A stretch of DNA of 63,412 bases, filler included, from Sphacelaria rigidula (Eukaryota): NCBI GenBank assembly GCA_964200075.2. It is 11 parts of 11 records of this genome, joined end to end, with 100 filler letters (N's around TTAATTAATTAA, not from the genome) between each part and the next. Parts side by side here need not be neighbours in the genome. Positions count along the whole stretch, not along the records: positions 46,193 to 51,866 come from CAXNAA020025368.1; positions 51,967 to 57,639 come from CAXNAA020025369.1; positions 57,740 to 63,412 come from CAXNAA020025370.1; 8 more parts are not named here. One strand, given 5' to 3'. The translations under genes and the position numbers were made by a program. A model generated the notes under the pieces. It was not told the origin of the DNA. It worked only from the letters and a program-made list of their open reading frames with translations, and searched no databases. Shown piece after piece: positions 50,548 through 62,190 of this stretch (position 1 is its first letter; every line of letters begins with the position of its first letter).

Positions 50548-51075
50548 TGAATACGGGATTTTACCAATCGGGGATGGATCTTTTATCGGGGACGAGAACC
50601 CGGAGAATACAAAAATACATGTTACGCGTATCCACACCAAATCTTCGAACCCCTGTAATGCGTGAGAGGACCGCGTGCTTACAGGACCGCATCGGAATTT
50701 GAACATCCCCATGTTTAGGGTTAGGGTGAGGGTTAGTGTTGGGGTTATGGTCAGGGGCGTGGTACCTGCGCGGACTGGCCCGATTGGTTTGGAAAACGTC
50801 GATCCTGAGGTGTTTTGAACTGCAGCGCGGTCCTCTAAGCACGCGGTCCTCTCACGCATTACACCCCCCAAAATTGGGCTTCCCCCTAGGACTTCGACAT
50901 TTCGGTTATGGGAATCCCCATTTGTATGGCGTGTAGCAGTTGTCAATAGCTACCAGCAAGTGAACAAATGGAAGCATACTCCAAAGATTTGGTGTGGATA
51001 CGAAGATTTCAATTCTCCGAGTTCTTATCCCCAGTGATGAAAGATCCATCCCCAGTTTGTAAAACCCCGTGTTAA
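50548..51075. mobile_element. Foldback element with ~100-bp imperfect inverted arms, hosting a nested MITE
   Basis: GGGGATGGATCTTT...CGTATCCACACCAAATCTT versus AAGATTTGGTGTGGATACG...AAAGATCCATCCCC. Confidence 0.8.
50654..50863 (+). mobile_element. TGT...ACA MITE (210 bp, TSD CCCC) with TTAGGG-like core
   Basis: Near-perfect TIRs TGTAATGCGTGAGAGGACCGCGTGCTTA. Internal TTTAGGGTTAGGGTGAGGGTTAG. Confidence 0.93.
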
Positions 51076-51213
51076 TGGGGGAACGAGTTTTCCCCACGAG
51101 AATGAAAACGGAGGCCGAAATTGTATATATATATATATTCATGTACTGTTTTGTATCACGTATGAATTAATCAATGAAGTAACTAAATAATTGATTAATT
51201 AATGAAAGACTGT

Positions 51214-51477
51214 GAGCAATGAAAATGCTACGGGAGGGGTGCACTTCTTCCGCGAAATCTTGTCTGGTTCAGGGACTCCCAACGACTCCAGATGCACAAG
51301 AATATGGGTCAGGGCATCCCCGCTTGCAAATTTTATTCGGGATATCCCTGGCACATTGAAATTGTGATCCTGGCGTGCTCTCACATATTGCATATAACTC
51401 GTGTTTGGACGAGATACAGGACTCCTAAAAATTCCAAGCTCGGAAAATATCTGCGCACCCCTACCGCAGCATCACTC
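51214..51477. mobile_element. MITE family A copy (opposite orientation to 20508-20764)
   Basis: GAGCAATG...ATGCTACGGGAGGGGTGCAC / GCACCCCTACCGCAGCATCACTC. TSD CTGT/TTGT. Confidence 0.88.
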
Positions 51478-51800
51478 TTGTTTGAGGATGGATTGCTGGA
51501 TGGTTGAGGATGGATGGTTGATTTGATTTTTTGAACAAGGATTGTTTGAGGATGGATGGTTGGATGGTTGAGGATGGATGGTTGATTTTATTTTTATGGC
51601 ATCGAAGAAGACTGGAATAAGCTATATCACCGCCGGCGCAGGGTACATCATCTGGATCTTCAACTCATTTCTCGAGAAGAATATTTCGATTGCAAAAACA
51701 AGAGCCAGATGTCTGCCGTGAAATCTTTGACGATTATATCCCCTCAGCCTCCGCGAGCGGGTGGTACGGGTCCGAAAGCGGAGAACTTCATGGAAGGTCA

Positions 51801-51831
<31 letters not shown>

Positions 51832-52448
51832 ACCCACCCACCTTCTTGCCCGCTGCGCTACACCTCNNNNNNNNNNNNNNNNNNNNNNNNNNNNNNNNNN
51901 NNNNNNNNNNTTAATTAATTAANNNNNNNNNNNNNNNNNNNNNNNNNNNNNNNNNNNNNNNNNNNNGTCATTCCTAACCAGCCTCGTTGGTCATTCTGGA
52001 GGCCCAGTCCCAAAAGGGTTAATGCCCTGAATTGCCATTTTCTTCATGGCAGTTTTGGGGTTGGTTTCAGGGAGGGGGGGGGGGGGTTGCTATCGCGGCA
52101 TGACTGAAACGTGATTCGCGTCTTTTTTCTCTCCGGTAGCGCCCGCGTATGGTCCATCTGATCTGAGGGGGGGGCGCCGCACGTCGAGCCAAGGGTGAAG
52201 AGGTTTGATGTTCAACCATGTTTTTTCGGAGAGCCGGGTCGGCCGTAACTCCTCATAGAATCTTATCCACGGGTTCGCTTTGCTTCTACATTAGAGTATC
52301 ATGTTTTTTTAACACGCACTACGCAAGTAAAAATATCGCCTCACACATCCACTCACTCTCATACTCACGAATCACACAAACGCCTCCCCCCCACCCCCAC
52401 CCCCACCCCCACCCCCACCCCTTCACTTGTCATCACAATATTGGGCAG

Positions 52449-52788
52449 ACCCGAAGCGAAGGAGGCATTGAAGCACCCGTGGATATTGTCGGGGCTCAAA
52501 TACTCTGAGGAAGAACTGTGGTACCCCCCGGAGCAGAAACACGCCTCGTCACGTTCCTCTTCGCTTTGTGCCGAAGAGGAACATGGTAACGGCCAACACG
52601 CGAAGGGAGGTGGAGCTGGAATGGCCGCCGCTGCGGAGGTGGGGGGGGCGGGAGGCGGTGGCGATGTGGGGGGAAAAGGCAGAAACTTGAGCAGGGCCGT
52701 CGGTGTCATGGGTAGTGGTGTTGTGGGGGACCCCGCTAGGTTGGTTGATGATGGCATTATAGGGAGGAAGCGTTACAATTCGTCGTGA
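52449..52788 (+). CDS. Last exon of a Ser/Thr protein kinase (subdomain XI + tail)
   Basis: GGCAG acceptor. (R)PEAKEALKHPWI matches the RPxAxEALxHPW motif. Gly-rich tail and TGA at 52786-52788, followed by UTR-like sequence. Confidence 0.8.
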
Positions 52789-54855
52789 ATTTGAAGTCTA
52801 GTGAAGATGTGGGCTTCTTTTTTTTTTCAAATCGAACGAATACCTTTCGCGCAAACGCGATGTGTGTGTAGTATGTGCGTGGGTGTGTGTATGCGTGTGT
52901 GCGTTCGTGTGGACTTGATGGTGCGTGGTGTGTAATATCTGCGTGGTATGTGTGTGTGTGTGTTTGTGTGCGCTCGCGAGATCGCAAAATCGCGTCAACG
53001 ATTCTTTTTCGTTTGCGTCGCTTCTGTCTACCTCACCCCCCGTTTTTCGGAATATTCGGAATATATACTGCAGGTGTAATTTCGGGTAATGTTCCAAATC
53101 TAAGTTGTATTTTTTCTAGTAGTGGAGGCAAAATCTCTGAAGCGCATGTTGTTGAAGTTTTAGAATATTTTGTGGTGATTTTACTCCTTTTCCCCGTCTC
53201 CCCACCTCCCGCCGCACCCTTTCCCTCGTGAAATAGATTCATGGCATTATTTGGTTTAATTTGGTGACCCAGAGACCGAGTTTTTGGTCGGTGAGTATAC
53301 CGTGGTTTTTACTCCACACAAAGACGTGCGCACACACAGCCACACACATGCTGTAGGCATAATACTCAACAGCGGCGAGAGCTGTACTTCTCCTTGTCTG
53401 TACCGCTGCTCTGCTGCCATGAGTTTTTTCTTCTTCTTCGAGCCATTTTATTTTTTATTATTTTTGAAGCAAAAAACAAAAAAAAGAGAAGGCGATAGCG
53501 TGACGTGTGTGTTGTCAAGGTTTTTTGTTCGTCCGTACGTCCGGCATTTCGTGCGTGGCCTAGCTCGATTAATTACGATGCAATCGGTGCGGTCGGTGCG
53601 GTCGGCATCATTTGCTCGCCCGTTTATTCGGCTGAGTCTAATCATTGGGTGACTCCGCTGCGAAGTCGGCCGTGGTGAAGTAAATCGAGTCAGTCAGATG
53701 AGTCAAATTGTTATTGATTTTCGTCAACTGCGTTGTGCTTTTGATCTATCGATCCCCCCCTCTCTCCCTGTAGACGTCCGTATATATACGTACATACATG
53801 AATCCGTGGACGCTTTTGAGTATGGCGTGGGGGAGAAAATCGACAGAATCGGTTGCCTATTGTCCGACTTGTGTTCGGACGATGGATGATGACAATTCTA
53901 GTCTTCTGCCGAAGTCGGACTGTTTATGGTGGTGAGGGGGGTGCACGGGGTCTTCTAGAAGGATGAGAGTTATCGACAGAGCACGAGATAATTATGTTTT
54001 GTTGTTGGAGTTTTGAATTTCGAATTTTGAGTTGTAGGGCTTGCTTGTGGAGGGGAGGAAATTTTTGTGTGTCATGTTTTCTTGTGTAGGCACCTTTCAA
54101 GGCTCGATTGTACAGTACTGCTTGTGTTGTGTTTTTGAAGTATATTTCTTGTGTTGGTGACGCGGTGTGTGGGGTGGGTTCGTGTGTGAGAGTGTTTGTC
54201 GCGGATGGACCGGAGTGGGGGCGGGGCAGCGGCAGAGGAAGGGGAAGAAGAGAGAAATCCGATGTGCGGGTGTGTGCTCCTGTAGAGAGTTTTTCATGTG
54301 CATCCTCTGTGCGGTAGTTTTGCTTGAGGTTGTCGAGAAAACGTTGGAGTAATTTATGAGTGATTTTGTGCTTTTATTTTGTTCACTTTTGGGGTACATT
54401 TGTGTGATGGGGGGGCAGGGGGGGGGAGTTGCTGTGCAACAAGTAAAGTATAGGCGGTGTTCGCGTGCTCGTGTATGTTGTGCGTACTTATTGCAAAATG
54501 CCGCGGCGCCTCAATAAGTTATGATCGCACACCCCCCAAACTCGGCCGTGTACTCTTGAAGGCCGTTCTTTCGTATACGAAAAGGTGGAATATTATACGT
54601 TGTTTGTTGCATGAAGATGTCGCTCTCGGTACACTGCCTGAAAATATGTGCTCGATGTTTTGTCATTTATTTTGCAGCGGGGGAGAGTAAAGAGGCGTTC
54701 ACGCCCGCCTAGGACAAAGTCAAGTTCCGCATATACACGTGTGTGCATGCTCGCATCACAACCCGGTGGTGGGGTATGATTGTCTGTTTCGTAGTGCTGC
54801 TAGAGCTACTCTGCAGTATATTGGGTAGTTTTTTTTCATGTGTATGAACGTATTA

Positions 54856-55029
54856 GGCCAACTCTTATGGGAGCGTTCGAAAAATTATTTTGCAACAATT
54901 TCAGAGGATTTTTTTTTTCTTTGTGATCATGATGAACGGGCACAAACTACACAACTACGGCAAAGCAAAAAAAAAGTCGTGTCAAATTATTGCAAAATAA
55001 AATTCTAAACGCTCCCATAAGAGTTGGTC
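54856..55029. mobile_element. PIF/Harbinger (Tourist-like) MITE, 174 bp, TTA TSD
   Basis: TTA|GGCCAACTCTTATGGGAGCGTT...AACGCTCCCATAAGAGTTGGTC|TTA. Arms pair imperfectly for ~60 bp. Confidence 0.88.
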
Positions 55030-57180
55030 TTAGTATGGCAAATTACGGGGGGGGGTTTCTCAGTTGTTCGTCGACCGTGATTTTATTTCTGTACAGTACA
55101 ACGTCATGTTGTTGCTTGGCCACGTTTTTTTGTTTGGAAAAAACAAATCGTGTGACAGACGCGATGGTGTTGCACCATCATCCTTGAGCTGCTCCCGTCA
55201 AATATAACACGGTGAAAAAGGGGGGCAGTGACGGGCTAGGGGCCAGCCGACCGGCCGGCCGGCCGGCCGGCGGACGGGCGCGGCTAAACAGCGTTATTAA
55301 AACCTCTTTTTTCCCCTTGCTGGAGTACGTGAGCAGTTTTGCACATATATGTGGACATATGTTCTCACTATTGATTGGTAGAGTCCACGTTTGAGGTTTT
55401 CTTGGAGAAAAGGAGGCGCCGGAGGGAGCGGCGCGGGGGGGGGGGAGTGGTTGCCTCAAGGTCACTGAGGTAGTGACCGCTTATTTGCATGGTCTTATTC
55501 CAGAGTCTGCTCATGAATTTGAAATTTGTAGGTGTTGAGGGACATGGATGCGGAAATTGAGTGCAAGAACCTTTCCCCCCGCTGGCGTTACTTTGCTCCT
55601 CGTTGCGTACATGCGCTGTCTTTTTTTTTTATTTTGCTCACGTCGCAGCATACTGCTAGCAGCCGTTACGTGACGAGGGGGTACGTCGGGTGACGGCGTC
55701 ATTTCCGCGGTGCTTGCTCTTTGCAGAGTAGGGTAGGAATGCTTGTGGAAAAAACGATTGGGTCCTTGTTTGTGCGTATATTTATTGCTGCAGAAGGCCT
55801 TGACGTGCGGCCCGTTTCCGTTCGGGCAGTCGTGGGAGTTTTGAGGGCTGGTTGAGTTGGAGGCCACGGGGATCTAGATGTTGAGCCGTATGCAGTGGAT
55901 GGGGGTCCGGTGAGTATAGCGACGGCGGTGTGCGCTTTGAGGGTGGGTCACGGACGGTTGCTGCGGTGGATGACGGCTAGCTGTGGCTTATCGCGCACCC
56001 TGGATAGCAGAAGGATTCTGCACACATTGTACACTGCCGGCGATGCGTGTGATTTTTTTGTGGGTGCGCTTTTTATTTTTTGTTGTCTGCGGTGGCGCTC
56101 CCTCCGCCTTGGTTTGAACACGCTCGTGCGGTAGTGGTAGAAACGAGCAGGAGGGATCGTGTATTTCATTGCACAGCAAAAGGTGGTGATATTCTCGATC
56201 TTCAGTGCGTGCTGTGTATTATGTGTGCTTGCTTGCTTGCTTGCTTGCTTGCTTGATGGACAGAGCATTCCCTTTTTTCACACTCAGTCAAGTCATTCAA
56301 GTCAGTTGGCGCTATACTATTATTGTAGTGGAACAAACTCCTTCTCGTGTATACAGTACATGAACTCGTGCACGGACGATCTGCGCTACGGGCGCGTACA
56401 GGACGTGTCTAGTGTAGTAGAAGTAGTAGTAGTCGTAGTAGTAGTACTGATGGTGCATATTTATGCTGTGGATACTTTTTTTTGTCACGACCCGCAATAT
56501 GGCTTTGATTTTAATTCTTAAGCTCGGGGAATGGGGCACTGTTGTTCCAAACCCCAAACGATACATGATCGACATATTCAGTACACCAAAAATGTACTGG
56601 ATCAAGTATAGGTATTTTGCAATTGTTGTCGATCGAGAACCGTTGCGATAGGCCTATACGTGAACCAGTACAGTTTTGGACCATCGCTATTTACCACATT
56701 TTGTCCAGGGTGTGTACACTTTCCCCCCTTGTATCTGCCCCCTACTTGATATGAAGATACAAGAACGCGAAATGTCGGTGGTTTTTGAGCGAGGGGAATG
56801 GAGAGATGGGGGGGGGGGGTCTATGGTGTGACAAGCATATGACAGGAGAATGTGTTGGGTCCATGGCCATTTCCCCCGTACCCTGGTGAAGAACAAACTC
56901 GAAGGTTTCGTGAAGGAACAAAAAAACGCGACGAGAAGAGATGGAAGAGAAGGAAAAAAATCCTCCATGTCACTTGATGATTTGCTGGGTTCGGACGGTT
57001 GAGTGGTGCCGAAGAATGTTTTTTCATGCGAACTGCACATGATGGCAAATGAGGTGTGTTGCCGTGATGGTGCTTTATTGCCCGCGGTGCGGTTTGTGCA
57101 CACAAAAGATAGTAGGAGGTTGAACCGGTACTTGCATACACTTGGCTCCCTATAAGGTGGTTACTCTGAGTTGTGCCAAT

Positions 57181-57452
57181 GAGACATGTTACGATGGGGA
57201 GGGCGGGCGGGGGGAGGAGGGGGAGGTGTTTGATTCCACGAAAAAAAGGGCTCATGGGTGTGTCGGGCGACTCAACACACTTGCGGTACGCTCATGTTTG
57301 GGTCGAAACGGTTTCAAGCGGCATGAATGAGCGTTGTTATCGGTATCAAGCGCATTCCAACAACCGCTGCTGCTTTCAGCGATCATTTGAAGGGGAGTTT
57401 CGTGCAAGAAATGGCCCAAAATGCGCCCCGCCCCGTCATCATAGCATGACTG
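57181..57452. mobile_element. MITE family B diverged copy
   Basis: GAGACATGTTACGAT...CATAGCATGACTG. The body aligns with 46204-46460 (GTTTGATTCCAC.AAAAA.GGGCTCAT). TSD CAAT/CGAT. Confidence 0.82.
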
Positions 57453-58052
57453 CGATTGTGATGTGAGTGCTCACTGATTGTTGTGCTCGTTTGACCTACG
57501 TGCTTAACGCTACCGTATTTGGGGTAGTGGCTATTGCGCGTTGCCTGCTGTTTTTTTCGGGGGCAGGGGGGGTGGCGAATGGCGTGGAGCGTTCGCGTTT
57601 TGTTGTTGAACATACATTAGCTGGGTTTGTGGGGGGGGGNNNNNNNNNNNNNNNNNNNNNNNNNNNNNNNNNNNNNNNNNNNNTTAATTAATTAANNNNN
57701 NNNNNNNNNNNNNNNNNNNNNNNNNNNNNNNNNNNNNNNGACCGGCCTGTTTTCTCCTCAGTTTAGACATCCATGCAAAAGAGGTGCCGGAAAGCACCAG
57801 ACACTACAATAGTAATTTTAAAAACCAAAATTGATCCCACAAGATAACAGTCATCTGCTGCTGGTAGAGAAGGCGGTGCTTCGACTTGAAGCGAGGAACG
57901 TTCCGCGGTTTCTTGTCAAAGCTGGGAGACAAGGAACCACAGTTCGGGTACGAATCAAACGTCAACTTGAAGATGGGACGAATCATGACTTTTTTGGTCC
58001 TACCCTTGGACATATATCGTAAGCTTTTTAGAAAATGATCCCATCGACAATA

Positions 58053-58240
58053 GTACCTGGATGCGAACCCTCCCCACTCCTCCCCAACTTCAAGGATCTA
58101 CATGTACCACCTAAACCACCAGGGCGCGGTAACAATGTGACTTGATCAATCACAGAGGTGATCAAGGGGAAGATTGTCCAGTTGTTACGTATCGCGTCCC
58201 AGTTTCCAAAATACACAAAACTAAAATGAAGGACACACAA
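58053..58240. repeat. ~190-bp diverged direct repeat, second copy at 61116-61295
   Basis: ACCTGGAT..AACCCT.CCC...AGGATCTACA...AACCACCAGGGCGC...CAAT.TGACTTGAT.AATCA...GATCAAG...CCAG.TGTTA.GTATCGC is shared by both copies. Confidence 0.85.
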
Positions 58241-60055
58241 ACTAAAATGGAGGAGGACACATGTATCAACTAGCTTTCGCCGAAAAGACGAACACATTGA
58301 CTCCATTGGACTACTTTCCGAAAACAAGGGTATTAAGAATGTAGCGACCAACCACCGGTCATCGAACATGTGTATAGAAAGCCATCCCGTTGATTGAAAA
58401 GCGATTAGATACAAACTTCCTCTCTCTCATATGTCTGGGTCGTTATGGGGAGCGGATCGTATCACCCCAACTTTGCCATGCTATACGTGGCGTCAGTTCA
58501 AGAAATAACCGAGGGGGAACGGTGCAACGGTGTATATATACATGAAATATTACCTACACACATTTGAAGTCGGGAGACCGATTTTGCTGTTTTTCGCCGG
58601 TTTTGAAAAGTAGCGAGTGATAGACCAAACACGCTCCGACGAGGCGTAGGTAGCGCAGCTTGAAGGATAACAAAGCGGTTTCAAGACATTTCCTCGCTTT
58701 TTGTTATTTCGCCGTTTTCCGGGATTTTCCATGTCCTTCACCTTCTGTCCGAATGGTGGCGGATACAGGCCATTCTCGGGCTGACTGAAGGAACTGGCAA
58801 CCCGCCACAAGAATTAATCGACTTTATCCCCCAAAATGCCCCAAGAATGCGACGAAAAACTACACAACGAATTCGGACACCGTCTACGGTCCGTACGTAC
58901 AGTTACAATCACCCAGACTCATGGGACGGAGGGAGAAAACATGTATATTAATATAGTACACAGGGCGATCATGCTCCAAATAACCAAAACAGTTTCCTTC
59001 CCTCCCCTCTGCTCTTCATGGTTGTGAGTCATGAACCTTCACGCCCCCCAGGTGGAGGTACAAATACCGTAACCGTTGCAAATTGCGTTCTCTTCACTCG
59101 CAACTCTAGGCACATCTTTAACTCATTGGTTCCGGGACATTTTCAGCGCCTCTACGTCGAGATATCTTGTAACCAGAGCCAACGGTACCGACACGTGCGT
59201 GGCGTTCTTATGTTCATCTGACACGTGTTCGTGAACGGTCGAATCGTGAGACGAATGATTCATGGATGCAAAAACCGAGTCTACCGTATACATCTTCACA
59301 TCATGTTTGTCCTTCATCCAGGTTGGAATACAGTACCTCCTAACACATCGTCATGATGTGAATTTTCTTGCACGTGGTTGCGTTCACGAACAAAGGCCGT
59401 TACGGTGCTCCATTTCTATCGCCGATTTCCAACTTCACGGAGGCGACAAACACGAACGGGACTGCTGCGATATAACCGATAGCTGAACATGATTTGCAAG
59501 TGAGTAACAATAACATTCATTGTGTTGTTACTGCATGGTGAACATGGGTGGTTTCGCTAAATTCACAACACATGCCATGAACGTCATCGAAACAGTTCCA
59601 CATATACTCTCAAAACCAGCTTGTATGGTTCGTGTCGTGAGACATTTACCCCGTTCTGTCACACACCACACAGACGCACCTTTATCAGGGTGGGGGTGGT
59701 TGTTCCGAATTTCAAAACAGTTGAATGCCTCGTCTCCAGGCGGAGGCATCTGTGGTCTTCCAACTTTTTTTCAAAAAGCTCTTGGAATTTGCCCTAGGGC
59801 TTTCCAGTTTTCTTCAAGAATAAAAAATGAAGGCATCAAAAAGAACCTGACCTGGAAGATAAGTTTCTTTATTTTTTTATGCGATAACCAATCTGGTGAT
59901 ATCAAAGTACATTGCGGTAAACGCTTCCTCTCATCAATACCCCGAGATGATTTCTATTTCCCCCAAAAAACGAAATTTCACAAGATACTGTGCATCTTGT
60001 TTAATCTCTGAGTGACCCCCACCAACACCACCGCCATCGCCAGCGGGAGGGTATT

Positions 60056-60458
60056 GGCTCAAAAGAATTGCAGAGAGAGTTCGGCAGAGATGAAGTGAAG
60101 GAGTGTGTAGCTAAACTCAAGAACAGAAAGGCAGCAGGGGCAGACGAGACAATGGATGAATTTGTAGGGCGCGGGGGAGAGGGAATAATTGTCATGACGG
60201 CTGAGCTGTATGATTGGATCTGGGGAAGCGAGCACACACCCAGGAGATGAAGAGAAGGAGTAGCAGTAAACCTTTTCAAGGAAGGAGACAAGGCTGACTC
60301 AGGGAAGTATAGAGGGAAAACGCTACCGGGCGCCGTAGGGAAAACACTCTGTAAGATTCTGAATGATAAGAGTGGGAACGATGCCAGAGAAGGAGGAAAA
60401 ATCAGCGAGGGCAAACATTTGTTAGACCAAACCGTGGTTGCGTAGACCATGTGTACAA
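60056..60458 (+). mobile_element. LINE RT N-terminal fragment (pseudogenised)
   Basis: EVKECVAKLKNRKAAGAD, P RR*REGVAVNLFKEGDKADSGKYRG, GKTLCKILND, RPNRGCVDHVY. Confidence 0.9.
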
Positions 60459-60816
60459 GTCAGGTAAGATCGCTCAAGGTAGAAACGACGCTGGACTGAC
60501 AACATGAACGGCTGGGTAGCACGTATGCAACGTGGGCCGCATGTGCGACAACTACACACGAAAGGACGTTGAACTTCGCCGCTGTAACCCATATGATCCA
60601 ACACACACAAGACGTACGGCACGATACCTGAATTATGTACCTCATATTTCTAAAGCTGTGTGTCTGTGCTCTCATCGTGCGTGCGAGGGACAGCGAGACA
60701 GTCAAATATCAAACCGACACATGACGGTCGTCGATAGACCTAACATCGGGCGTATATGCACAAACCTGCAAAGTAAAACGGCTTTCGCCGTGGTACTTTC
60801 TCGATTTTTGACTCAC

Positions 60817-60888
60817 CAGTTAGATTGTTTCTGAACAGCTTCAGCTTCCGAAGACGACGGAGGCGGGTCAGTTTCTCTGGGATGGGGC
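60817..60888 (-). CDS. Single 72-nt leucine-rich-repeat exon (phase 1/1)
   Basis: TTCAG|GC CCC ATC CCA...AAT CTA ACT G|GTGAGT encodes GPIPEKLTRLRRLRKLKLFRNNLT(G). This is exactly one 24-aa LRR per exon, as in brown algal LRR/ROCO genes. Confidence 0.9.
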
Positions 60889-61758
60889 CTGAACAAGGGA
60901 AGGGATCATGCCAAGGACAGAACACAACCACGTTATATACGGTCACCGACGAACAGTGTCAAGGCTACTACAGTGCGAACGTTAAACAAACGACGAGTCA
61001 GTCAAGTGCGGAACAGGCTAACCACAAAAGGCGGGAGAAGCGATTTGGTATAGCCACATCTACGAGCGACACGGTTGGCCATATACTCCTCGGAAAGTGA
61101 AAACATGTAGAGTACAACCTGGATTCCAACCCTTCCCCTCCCGCCATGACCCTCAGGATCTACACTTGAACCACCAGGGCGCCCTAGCAATATGACTTGA
61201 TGAATCAAACATAGGATCAAGCGGAGAGTTGCCCAGATGTTAAGTATCGCTTCTCAGCTTCCAAATACACACCCACTAAATACAAGGCGCACATCGAAAC
61301 CAAATGTCTATTGATGGTCATGACATCAATCCCCTCGTGCCATATATCCCAAAAACAAAAAAATCATCAAATACCAAAGGAGGGAACAACCCACAAACAT
61401 CAAACGTCTCACTTAAAACTCTCGTCATTGAACCAAAATATAGATTTGTCTTCTAGAGGAGTACGTTCCCCTAAACATCAAACCTGCACCCAACACGACT
61501 TCATGAATACAATGACTTCACTCTATTTCATTTTCGATTCGGCTGGTTGAGTCATCAGTTGGTCATAACTTGTATCATTATCATCATTGACTTTCGCAAG
61601 AAGAAGAACTAGAGAACAAACTATCACTATGCGCAACAGGCACGCGATAAGTTCACCCATTAAAATATGTTTCACACCCTGGACAATACAGTTTGTTTTC
61701 AATATGCATTAGTCGATCATATTGGAATAATGTGACGTATTGCCGGCGTAATATATAT

Positions 61759-62190
61759 ATGTATATATTGGTACGCTTGGACTGCACACATATTGTGCGC
61801 CCAATATATATCGGTGTCGTGGGACCACAAACATATTGCCCGCTCGATGTATATACCAATATATATAGTGGTACCGTGGTATTGCACACACATTGTCCCA
61901 TCAATATATATTGGGGCAGTGTGGGCGAAGACATATTGCACGGCAAATATGACAAATATATATTAGGGTCGCATTGGTGAGAACATATTGGGCGGTTAAT
62001 ATATATTGCGGCCGCGTGGGTGCCCACATGTTGGCCGGTCAGTATATATTGGGACCGTATGGATGCGAATATATTGCTCGGTCAGGGTATCAGTACCCCT
62101 GTGTACATATCGGGGTAGCGTGTGTGACAACATATCACCTACCCAATATACAGTGGGTGGGCGCATCGATGTCGAGTATATATTCCACCG
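61759..62190. repeat. 43-bp-period array with conserved CAATATATATTG and ACATATTG cores
   Basis: About 9 units, starting near 61759, 61802, 61857, 61902, 61954, 61997, 62040, 62101 and 62144. Confidence 0.85.

Noticed and set aside
52789..57180. Short ORFs from the track as genes
   Set aside because: These are microsatellite-driven or low-complexity frames in UTR or intergenic DNA. The same applies to most ORFs antisense to TEs and to ORFs running into N linkers.
61759..62190. CRISPR array
   Set aside because: The cores are only 8-12 bp and imperfect, and the variable parts are short and weakly related. Kept as an unexplained array instead.
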